DNA of 32,000 nucleotides from Clostridia bacterium (GTDB lineage Bacteria; Bacillota; Clostridia; TANB77; CAG-465): NCBI GenBank assembly GCA_017536445.1, contig JAFXHJ010000001.1, positions 34,300 to 66,299 of the forward strand, read 5' to 3'. Shown piece by piece: positions 9,803 to 17,428 of this stretch (position 1 is its first letter; each line of letters starts with the position of its first letter). The notes under the pieces were generated by a model. It saw only the letters and a program-made list of their open reading frames with translations, ran no database searches and was not told where the DNA came from. The position numbers and the translations under genes were made by a program.

Positions 9803-11329
9803 ATGGATAATATGAATAACAATTTTAATAATCCAAATGGAACAGAAGAGGTAAAAATTCAAGGAGTAAGTATTGGTGCGATGATAGGTTTATTCGTATT
9901 AATAGGAGTAATAATAGGGACTGTAATGGTATTTTCTAAAATGTATAAAGAATTTAACGAATTTACAGACATGGTAGAAAATATACCAGAGAATATAGTA
10001 CAAACAAACCCTGGGGATATAACGCCTGACTCGCCTATGGAAGATATATTAGATGATGTTGAACCAAGTGATGGGAACGAAGATGAGGAGATAACAATAG
10101 ATCCTTATGCAAAACATAAAAATGTAGAATTTGCCGGAACTAAAGATACGGTTAAAAATATAACATTATACATAGAAAATGGTAAAGTGTATTCTAAAGA
10201 TTCTTCTAATGGTAAAAAGACTCTTTGGAAAACAGTGGGAACACCAAAAAAAATATTGTTTAATCCACCAGCAGTTTCAGCTATAGTAGTAACTGAAGAA
10301 GGTAAGGCTTATGATGTAAGTTATGATGTATGCGAAGAATTAAAAGAACTTTCTAAATATACTATTATAGATATAGCAAGAATTAATAATCATACGTTTG
10401 AGACTATTTATTATCTAACATCAGATGGTAAACTTATAGATATAAATGGAGTTTCTTATGACAAATATAGTTTTGTTAATACTGTAGGTTACGGTAAGAT
10501 GTGGCAAATACCAGTAGATAAAAATAACTATGGTTATCATTATAATTATGACAAAGATGAATATGTAGTAATAACTAACAAAGCAAAAGCAAAAGTATCT
10601 TTTTCTAAAATATATACATTTGAAGAATTTATTTTAATACAATCTTCAAAAGGTAAATTATTTAAATATGATGGAGAATCAAATATTGCTAATGAAGAAT
10701 CAAGCAGTTTTGTATCAAGAATTGAAAGAAAAGTAGATGGAGATAATACAAACATAGTAGTTACATTTATGGATTTAAGCACAAAAGAATATAAAGAAGT
10801 TACTTCTGCTTATGATGTAAAGGCTGACAAAGAAATAGATATAAATAAATTAACGAAATATGTTGAACAACCTAAAGTGGAAGTACCAAACATTTCAGAC
10901 ACTATAGAAGAATTAGAAAAAATATCTGATTTATTACGTAGACAGATTATTGCAGCTTACGATGGTAAAACATTAACAGGAATAGAAGTTATAGTGGCTT
11001 TTCAGCAATATGAGAATTCGGATATGTCGATAATGGCAGTAACTAAAGAGAAGGGGACTGCATATACAGGCAAGTATAGATTAAATAAAAATAATTTAAA
11101 GGTAGAAAATAGTTTATCATCTGAAACTGTAAAAGAACATAAAGCATATGAAGGTGGAGTTTATTATGTAGGGGCAGCGGCTGAGTTTGATACAAATGTT
11201 AAAAGGAATTCATTAACAGAAATACAAAGTACAAACGGCTTTGGAATAAATGCCACTAAAGTATTCTATTCATCAATAATAAAAGATGTTGATGGAGATG
11301 CATTTGGAATATTGTTTTTAGAAAGATAA
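9803..11329 (+). CDS. hypothetical N-terminally TM-anchored extracytoplasmic protein
   Basis: ATG 9803 follows GAGGGTG; the track start GTG 9728 has no SD. One hydrophobic helix (VSIGAMIGLFVLIGVIIGTVMVF), an acidic linker, then ~430 aa with no motif I recognise. Confidence 0.75.
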   Translation: MDNMNNNFNNPNGTEEVKIQGVSIGAMIGLFVLIGVIIGTVMVFSKMYKEFNEFTDMVENIPENIVQTNPGDITPDSPMEDILDDVEPSDGNEDEEITIDPYAKHKNVEFAGTKDTVKNITLYIENGKVYSKDSSNGKKTLWKTVGTPKKILFNPPAVSAIVVTEEGKAYDVSYDVCEELKELSKYTIIDIARINNHTFETIYYLTSDGKLIDINGVSYDKYSFVNTVGYGKMWQIPVDKNNYGYHYNYDKDEYVVITNKAKAKVSFSKIYTFEEFILIQSSKGKLFKYDGESNIANEESSSFVSRIERKVDGDNTNIVVTFMDLSTKEYKEVTSAYDVKADKEIDINKLTKYVEQPKVEVPNISDTIEELEKISDLLRRQIIAAYDGKTLTGIEVIVAFQQYENSDMSIMAVTKEKGTAYTGKYRLNKNNLKVENSLSSETVKEHKAYEGGVYYVGAAAEFDTNVKRNSLTEIQSTNGFGINATKVFYSSIIKDVDGDAFGILFLER

Positions 11330-11339
11330 TAAAGGGGGG

Positions 11340-11852
11340 ATGATAATGGCAGCGGCAAGTGTAATTTTTGGTATATTGGCACTTCTTACATGTATTATGC
11401 CTGGAATTGGTATAATAACATCTATAATAGCATTAATTATTGCAATTATTGCTATGGCAAGTAAAAAAACAAGAGGAGAAAATACAGTTGCTAAATCAAC
11501 TGGTTTAGGGCTTGCTATATTTTCAGCAATAGTGGCATTTGCGATAACATACTTCTTAGTAAATATATTTACAATGTTTTTTGATATAGCTGGAGAAGCA
11601 ATAAGTACATCTAAACAAATATATGAGAATCCAGAAACGCAAGAATTAGTTTCAGATTTATATGAAGAATATTTAGGCATAAGAATATACAATCTACTAA
11701 ATAAAGATGATATAACTGTAGAGGAAGCTGAAAGAAGATATATAGACGTTCTTATGAATGAATATAGAGAAATATATAATCAAGGATATGATATAAGAGT
11801 AGATGATGAATATAAATTCAAAATCGTATCTCCAGAGGAAATGATAATATAA
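11340..11852 (+). CDS. small membrane protein, DUF4190-like N-terminus
   Basis: 170 aa after AAGGGGGG. Two or three hydrophobic helices (VIFGILALLTCIMPGIGIITSIIALIIAIIAMA..) with a soluble acidic C-terminus. The family call is from memory only. Confidence 0.65.
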   Translation: MIMAAASVIFGILALLTCIMPGIGIITSIIALIIAIIAMASKKTRGENTVAKSTGLGLAIFSAIVAFAITYFLVNIFTMFFDIAGEAISTSKQIYENPETQELVSDLYEEYLGIRIYNLLNKDDITVEEAERRYIDVLMNEYREIYNQGYDIRVDDEYKFKIVSPEEMII

Positions 11853-11858
11853 TAATGT

Positions 11859-11890
11859 AAAGAGGGTATTTAAATATACTCTCTTTTATT
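11859..11890 (+). terminator. rho-independent terminator of the inserted two-gene module
   Basis: AGAGGGTAT / ATACTCTCT stem (one G-U pair) extended by A-T pairs, followed by TTTTATT. Confidence 0.7.
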
Positions 11891-12010
11891 ATCACACAAC
11901 TTCCCATAAAAATATAATAATTTTTACAAAGTTGTATAGTAAGATATAAGTGTAGAAAGGATACAATAAAAGTAACTTTTTACATAGTATATACTGATAA
12001 ATTTTTCCCC

Positions 12011-12046
12011 TTTAAGCGAACAGTTTTGTTCGCTTAAACTCTTTTT
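12011..12046 (+). terminator. strong hairpin plus T-tract (second terminator or attenuator) just upstream of the adk promoter
   Basis: Perfect 12-bp stem TTTAAGCGAACA / TGTTCGCTTAAA, loop GTTT, then CTCTTTTT. Confidence 0.6.
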
Positions 12047-12050
12047 AGGG

Positions 12051-12079
12051 TTTACTTTAGCTAGTAACTGGTGTATAAT
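12051..12079 (+). promoter_or_regulatory. sigma-A-type promoter for adk-map
   Basis: TTTACT (12051-12056), 17 nt spacer, TATAAT (12074-12079). Confidence 0.55.
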
Positions 12080-12105
12080 ATATAAAACTTTTAGGAGGTA
12101 TTTTT

Positions 12106-12762
12106 ATGATAATAGTAATACTAGGAGCTCAAGGTAGCGGAAAAGGAACAGTAGGCGTTAAGGTAGCCGAAGAATTAGGTCTTGTTCACATTTCTACTGG
12201 TGATATCTTTAGAGAAAACATCAAGAATGAAACAGAACTTGGAAAAGAAGCTAACACTTACATTTTAGCTGGAAATCTTGTTCCGGACGAACTAACAAAC
12301 AGAATTCTTATGGATAGATTATCTAGAGAAGATGTACTTGAAAAAGGTGCAATGATAGATGGATATCCAAGAACAGAAAAACAATGTTATGATTTAGATG
12401 CAATGCTTGCAAACATTGATAGAAAAGTAGATTTAGCAATAAATCTTGATGTAGATTATGACGAACTTATTTCTAGAATAACAACTAGAAGAGTGTGCAA
12501 ATCTTGTAAAGAGGGATACAATACAGAATACAATCCACCTAAAGTAGAAGGTGTTTGCGATAAATGTGGTGGCCCTGTTGTACAAAGAGATGACGACAAA
12601 GAAGATGCTGTAAGACAAAGATTAGACATATATTATGCTAACGCAGAGGTTGTTCTTAATCACTATGCTAAAGACGGTAAATTAAGAGTTGAAAAAGCAG
12701 GTGACAAAATAGGAAGAACTTCTAAAGAAGTTACAGCAGATTTAATTAGGGATTTGAAATAG
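12106..12762 (+). CDS. adk: adenylate kinase (zinc-lid form)
   Basis: 218 aa: P-loop GAQGSGKGT, the GDIFRE motif, and lid CKSC...CDKCGG. Confidence 0.96.
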   Translation: MIIVILGAQGSGKGTVGVKVAEELGLVHISTGDIFRENIKNETELGKEANTYILAGNLVPDELTNRILMDRLSREDVLEKGAMIDGYPRTEKQCYDLDAMLANIDRKVDLAINLDVDYDELISRITTRRVCKSCKEGYNTEYNPPKVEGVCDKCGGPVVQRDDDKEDAVRQRLDIYYANAEVVLNHYAKDGKLRVEKAGDKIGRTSKEVTADLIRDLK

Positions 12763-12778
12763 GAGAAGATAAGAAACA

Positions 12779-13544
12779 ATGGTGTATATAAAATCTAAAA
12801 AAGAAATTGAACAAATGAGAGTACCAGCGGAGATTATGAAAGAGGTTTTATCTGAAATAAAAAAGAATGTTCGCGAAGGAGTAACAACTTCATATTTAGA
12901 TTACGTAGCAGAAAGTGTAATGATTAAACATGGAGCAGTTCCATCGTTTAGAGGAGTAGAATGTCCATACCCAGGAGGTAAGACGTATACCCATGCAACA
13001 TGTATTAGTGTAAATGAAGATATAATTCACGGAATACCAGACTCAAGACCTCTTAAAAAAGGTGATGTGGTTAGTGTAGACGTTGGAGTATATAAAGGAC
13101 GGATTCCATGCAGATGCAGGAAGAACGTTTATAGTTGGTGAGGGTTCACCGCTAGCTAAGAAGCTAATACAAGTTACAGAACAAGCCTTTTTTGCAGGTG
13201 TAGACCAAGCGGTGGCGGGTAATAGAATAGGAGACATATCTAATGCAATTCAAACAGTAGTTGAAGGTGCTGGATTTAATCTTCTAAGAGAATACCAAGG
13301 GCACGGTATTGGTAGAGAAATGCATGAAGACCCAGGTGTACCTAATATAGGTAAGAAGGGCAGAGGCGAAAGACTACAAGTAGGGATGGCGCTTGCAATT
13401 GAACCAATGGTTGTTGCAGGATCACCAGATGTAGTTGTAGGAAAAGATAAATGGGTTGTAACTACTAAAGACAAAAAGCTTTCAGCATATTACGAAAACA
13501 CTATTGTAATAACAGAAGAAGGTCCTGAAATTTTAACATTGTAA
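12779..13544 (+). pseudogene. map: type I methionine aminopeptidase interrupted by a 1-nt frameshift (or assembly error)
   Basis: ORFs 12779-13141 and 13083-13544 together make a full MAP. The frames join as ...VSVDVGVYK|DGFHADAGRTFIVGE if one G in AAAGG (13097/13098) is skipped. Downstream motifs: REYQGHGIGREMHEDP, LAIEPM. Confidence 0.85.
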
Positions 13545-13550
13545 AAGAAG

Positions 13551-13586
13551 AATCGAGATAGTAACATACTATCTTGATTTTTTTTA
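13551..13586 (+). terminator. rho-independent terminator after map
   Basis: AATCGAGATAGT / ACTATCTTGATT stem (one G-U pair), loop AACAT, then a T8 run. Confidence 0.75.
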
Positions 13587-13620
13587 TTTAATAATGCTAT
13601 AATGACCTTAGGAGGCTAAT

Positions 13621-14718
13621 ATGATAAACAAAACTTTTGAAGAGTTAGGTGAATATAGAGCACCTGATGGTTATATAGATTTTGACAGAGTAGTAGAAGA
13701 AAATGACGTAGAAACTGAACGTGAAATAAGAGGTAATGAGAATAGAGAGAAAGATTGGATAGACATAAATGGTGGAAGAGTTCTTGTAAAAACAAATGTA
13801 GATGGACAACAAAACTCAGAATATTCTGAACTCATTTCTTGTGCATTAGCTCGTCAAGCGGGAATGGAAACTGCAGAATATGACATGGTCAGATACAAAG
13901 GCGAACAGGGATTAATAACTAAATATGTTTGTAAAGAGGGCGAAGAAATGATTACTCTTCACGAGCTTATAGGAAGCGGACCGGATGTTCCGGGATATGA
14001 AGATACAATAGATATAGATCATGTTTTTGATAATTTGCCATTAAAATTAAAACAACAAGGCCTGAGTGAACAAGATATAGATGAATGTATGTTAGGTATA
14101 AGAAAACAACTTCTATTCGATTTAGCGATAATGGAAGGAGATAGACACCTAGAGAATATTTCTTTAATTTTTAGTAAAGTAGATGGTAAACAGACAGTTA
14201 GAGTAGCTCCTATGTACGATACAGAAGCGGCGCTTATTTTAGGAAATGAACCTGAAGTTATGGAAAAAATATATACAGACTGGATGAAAACAGCAAGTTT
14301 GACAACAACTCAACCACCTAAGATATCCATTATACCTGAAGCTAAAGAGGAAGAGGTTTCAGATTTGCCGCCTGCATTAATGGGATTTTTAGCACAATTA
14401 AGAAGTGAGGTTAAGACAAACAAAAGAGAAGAATTTACTACTGATACAGAAGAAATGTGGATGACCACTTTTGACTTTTTATGTGAAGACGAAAGAGCAA
14501 GAGAGTTTTTTGAAACAAATTTAAAAAATATGGATATAAGAAAAGCTTTAACGGAAGTAGAAATGAAAATAGGTGTAAAAGTACCGGAACATATTAGAGG
14601 CATGGCTATTGCATGTTTTGAAGATAGAGTAATGGCGATGGACTATAGAAATAGAACAAAATTAAAAGAAATGGGAAGAGATATAAAAGAAGTTAGTGAT
14701 GATAATACTGTAAGATAA
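13621..14718 (+). CDS. HipA-like Ser/Thr kinase core (lacks the HipA N-terminal subdomain; HipT-like)
   Basis: 365 aa after AGGAGG. The catalytic region LLFDLAIMEGDRHLENISLIF...VRVAPMYDTEAAL matches the HipA_C pattern (xxDxHxxNxS...LxPxYD). Confidence 0.7.
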   Translation: MINKTFEELGEYRAPDGYIDFDRVVEENDVETEREIRGNENREKDWIDINGGRVLVKTNVDGQQNSEYSELISCALARQAGMETAEYDMVRYKGEQGLITKYVCKEGEEMITLHELIGSGPDVPGYEDTIDIDHVFDNLPLKLKQQGLSEQDIDECMLGIRKQLLFDLAIMEGDRHLENISLIFSKVDGKQTVRVAPMYDTEAALILGNEPEVMEKIYTDWMKTASLTTTQPPKISIIPEAKEEEVSDLPPALMGFLAQLRSEVKTNKREEFTTDTEEMWMTTFDFLCEDERAREFFETNLKNMDIRKALTEVEMKIGVKVPEHIRGMAIACFEDRVMAMDYRNRTKLKEMGRDIKEVSDDNTVR

Positions 14719-14721
14719 CGG

Positions 14722-14750
14722 TTGACATAAAACAAAAAGTATGTTATACT
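14722..14750 (+). promoter_or_regulatory. strong sigma-A-type promoter with extended -10 for the HipS-like gene
   Basis: TTGACA (14722-14727), 17 nt spacer, TGT-TATACT (14742-14750). The palindrome ATACTAT-T-ATAGTAT (14746-14760) overlaps the -10. Confidence 0.55.
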
Positions 14751-14804
14751 ATTATAGTATGCAAATAATTATCTAATCACAACTTGTGAAAGGAGATATA
14801 AGCA

Positions 14805-15080
14805 ATGATTAAATATGACGTGTGGTTTAAGAACTTCAGAATCGGAGAATTGTACATCAATGAATCTGGACAACACAAGTATGTTGTCGATATGGGTGCC
14901 GTAGAAATGGCAGAAAAGGATGATATAATTCTTGCTGATGCGAAGACCAATCGTGATTGGTGTGACCCTATCCCGTTCTTCGAAAGCAGGATTGCAAATT
15001 GCAAGAAGTTTGGCGAAGAGAATGAAATCCGTTATCCTAATAGCGAATACTATTTTATTAAGGATAACCATTACAATTAA
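14805..15080 (+). CDS. HipA N-terminal-subdomain-like small protein (HipS-like)
   Basis: 91 aa after AAGGAGA. MIKYDVWFKNFRIGELYINESGQHKY parallels the HipA opening (..W.N..R[VI]GEL.....G.H..Y), and PIPFFESRI parallels the FF(D/E)NLLP motif. Confidence 0.6.
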   Translation: MIKYDVWFKNFRIGELYINESGQHKYVVDMGAVEMAEKDDIILADAKTNRDWCDPIPFFESRIANCKKFGEENEIRYPNSEYYFIKDNHYN

Positions 15081-15091
15081 ATATCTATTAC

Positions 15092-15122
15092 AAGAGCTGT
15101 GTGTAAAACACAGCTCTTTTGC
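15092..15122 (+). terminator. rho-independent terminator
   Basis: AAGAGCTGTGT / ACACAGCTCTT stem, loop GTAAA, then TTGC (short T-tract). Confidence 0.6.
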
Positions 15123-15199
15123 TATATATTATTAAAAACATATTGCAATAATGTATAATATATAATAATATAGAAACATATATGTATGGGGTGGAAACT

Positions 15200-16372
15200 A
15201 TGAAAATGAAAAATGGTGTAAGTTTAATAGTATTAAGTATAACAATACTTGTAATGGCAATACTTGCAGCAACGGTAATAATAGCTTTAGAAGATAGTGG
15301 AATAATAGGACGTGCTAAAAATACTACAGCAAAGCAAAACTATGCTGAAGAATATACAAGATTACAAGTAATAAAAAATGGAGTACTAACAGACAATCTA
15401 GGAACAATAACGGTAGATGAGTATATAACAGAATTAACAAGTAAAGGATTAATTGAAAATACAATAACAACAAATGCAAATGGAAGTAAAACGGTAAAAA
15501 CTAAAACTGGATTTGAAGTAGTAATTTCACAAAATGGAACTCAGGATTTAAAAATATCGGTAGAAGGGTATACACCAGAAAATAATAATAATTCTAGTGG
15601 CGGTACGAGTGAACCAGAACCAGTGCCAGTACCAACAATAACATTAAGTAAAACTACGATGTCTGAAGAATTAGCAACAGGTGCAACAAAGACAGTATCT
15701 TTAACAGCGACAACAGCTAATCTAACAAGTGATGTAACATGGACATCGTCAAATACAAATGTAGCAACGGTATCTGGAACAAATACGACAGCAACAATAA
15801 CTTTAAAAGGTGGTGGTACTACAACGATAACAGCTACATCTGGAACGGCAACAGCAACTTGTACCGTAACAGTAACAACAAAAACAATAACAATATCTAT
15901 AAGTGCTAATACGCTAACAATATCTAATGTACCAAGCGGGGTAGGTCAGTTTGCTATATTTTCGGGATCGGCGTTAATGAAAACTGTGAGCACAACTACT
16001 GTAGACTTATCTACATTAGGATTAACAAACGGAACATATACAATAACGGTAAAACCTGTAGGTGGTGATTTCTCTGGCGCAACAGCAAGTAGTGGAAAAA
16101 CATATACAGTAATTAAATTTACAATATCAGGTACTACATATTATACAAGAAGTGGTTCAACGTGGACAGAATGGGTAAATAGTTCATATAATAAAACTTC
16201 TGCTACAATATCTTCAAGCAAAGTATATATAGGAAGTTATTATGTAACAACAACATCTAGCGGAAGTACAGCGGTATCTAGCACAGCATCAATAACATCT
16301 GGAAACGCATATGGTAAATATACAAGTGGTAGTAGTTCTAATGATCATAGTGGTGGTGACTTATATGATTGA
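15200..16372 (+). CDS. pilin-like N-terminus / Big_2 Ig-like domain / Thr-Ser-rich surface protein
   Basis: ATG 15200 follows GGGGTGGA. N-terminus is KNGVSLIVLSITILVMAILAATVII (pseudopilin-like hydrophobic segment, no Glu at +5). Big_2-like block: ITLSKTTMSEELATGATKTVSLTATT..VTWTSSNTNVATVSG...TITATSG. The rest is T/S/G-rich. Confidence 0.7.
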   Translation: MKMKNGVSLIVLSITILVMAILAATVIIALEDSGIIGRAKNTTAKQNYAEEYTRLQVIKNGVLTDNLGTITVDEYITELTSKGLIENTITTNANGSKTVKTKTGFEVVISQNGTQDLKISVEGYTPENNNNSSGGTSEPEPVPVPTITLSKTTMSEELATGATKTVSLTATTANLTSDVTWTSSNTNVATVSGTNTTATITLKGGGTTTITATSGTATATCTVTVTTKTITISISANTLTISNVPSGVGQFAIFSGSALMKTVSTTTVDLSTLGLTNGTYTITVKPVGGDFSGATASSGKTYTVIKFTISGTTYYTRSGSTWTEWVNSSYNKTSATISSSKVYIGSYYVTTTSSGSTAVSSTASITSGNAYGKYTSGSSSNDHSGGDLYD

Positions 16373-16410
16373 TTTAGTTACTATTAGTTAAAATTTAATA
16401 CAATTGTAAG

Positions 16411-16447
16411 AATATATAGACGTAGTTTTTACGTCTATATATTTTTT
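16411..16447 (+). terminator. rho-independent terminator
   Basis: 14-bp stem AATATATAGACGTA / TACGTCTATATATT, loop GTTTT, then a T-run. Confidence 0.8.
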
Positions 16448-16492
16448 AACTAAAAAAGATGCTAAAATTCACATAAAAATGTATTAAAATCG

Positions 16493-16521
16493 TTGACTTT
16501 TAGCATAAAAAGAGTTATAAT
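16493..16521 (+). promoter_or_regulatory. sigma-A-type promoter for infA-rpmJ-rpsM...
   Basis: TTGACT (16493-16498), 17 nt spacer, TATAAT (16516-16521). Confidence 0.6.
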
Positions 16522-16595
16522 TTAACCGTTAAGTTATGGGCGATTTATGCGCTTTTTCAAAACTTAGCATCTATCTATGTGTATAGGAGGAATTT

Positions 16596-16814
16596 ATGGC
16601 AAAAGATGACGTTATAGAAGTTGAAGGAACAGTAGTAGAATCAATGCCTAATGCAATGTTTAAAGTTGAATTAGAAAACGGACATGTAGTTACAGCTCAC
16701 ATATCTGGAAAACTTAGAATGCATTATATAAAGATTTTACCTGGAGACAAAGTAAAACTTGAGTTATCTACATATGATCTTTCAAAAGGAAGAATCACAT
16801 GGAGAGATAAATAA
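16596..16814 (+). CDS. infA: translation initiation factor IF-1
   Basis: 72 aa: [57 protein letters not shown]. Confidence 0.97.
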   Translation: MAKDDVIEVEGTVVESMPNAMFKVELENGHVVTAHISGKLRMHYIKILPGDKVKLELSTYDLSKGRITWRDK

Positions 16815-16928
16815 TTTATATTGGTATAATCAAATATTAGAGCGGCTGTATGAGAAGAGTGTACCTCTCATATATTTAATATTTGTTATATATATAAAAC
16901 AGATACAGGTTTAAGGAGGAAATACAAA

Positions 16929-17042
16929 ATGAAAGTAAGACCATCTGTAAAGAAAATTTGCGAAAAGTGCAAAATAATAAGAAGAAATGGTGTGGTTAGA
17001 GTTATATGCGAAAACCCTAAGCACAAACAAAGACAAGGTTAG
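16929..17042 (+). CDS. rpmJ: 50S ribosomal protein L36 (zinc form)
   Basis: Not in the ORF track because it is too short. Hand translation: [37 protein letters not shown], then TAG. AAGGAGG lies upstream. Confidence 0.95.
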   Translation: MKVRPSVKKICEKCKIIRRNGVVRVICENPKHKQRQG

Positions 17043-17054
17043 GAGGAAGCTTAA

Positions 17055-17426
17055 ATGGCACGTATAGCAGGAGTAGATTTACCTAAAAATAAAGTAGTAG
17101 AAATTGGTTTAACAGCAATCTACGGTATAGGTAGAACATCAGCTAAGAAAATAATAGCTGAAGCAGGAATTGATTCTTCTAAAAGAATCAAAGACTTAAC
17201 AGAAGATGAAGAAGCTAAAGTAAGAGAAATAATCGAAAGAGATTACGTTGTTGAAGGCGATCTTAAGAGAGATGTTTCTTTAAATATCAAGAGACTTATG
17301 GAAATTGGATGCTTTAGAGGAATCAGACATAAAAGAAAACTTCCAGTAAGAGGACAAAGAACAAAAACAAATGCAAGAACTAGAAAAGGCCCTAGAAAAG
17401 TAGTGGCTAACAAGAAAGGAGTATAA
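17055..17426 (+). CDS. rpsM: 30S ribosomal protein S13
   Basis: 123 aa: [13 protein letters not shown]...YGIGRTSA..I...RGIRH...[17 protein letters not shown]. Confidence 0.97.
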   Translation: MARIAGVDLPKNKVVEIGLTAIYGIGRTSAKKIIAEAGIDSSKRIKDLTEDEEAKVREIIERDYVVEGDLKRDVSLNIKRLMEIGCFRGIRHKRKLPVRGQRTKTNARTRKGPRKVVANKKGV

Positions 17427-17428
17427 TC

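Noticed and set aside
13091-13100. Programmed +1 ribosomal frameshift in map
   Set aside because: There is no recognisable shifty or hungry-codon context or stimulatory structure, and the site is a short AAAGG run. An indel (real or technical) is the simpler explanation.
9750-14750. Similarity between the promoters of the two inserted modules (TTGACCATAAAACAAA..TGTTATATCAT versus TTGACATAAAACAAA..TGTTATACT) as a sign of a shared mobile origin
   Set aside because: The match is only ~15 nt and consists of consensus promoter elements plus an A-rich spacer, which is plausible by chance in ~30% GC DNA. It does not extend into the flanking sequence.
14769-15135. ORFs 14769-15071 (-), 14777-15004 (-) and 14932-15135 (+) overlapping the HipS-like gene
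   Set aside because: They have no SD and no recognisable motifs, whereas the 14805-15080 frame has an SD, a promoter and the HipA-N-like motif.
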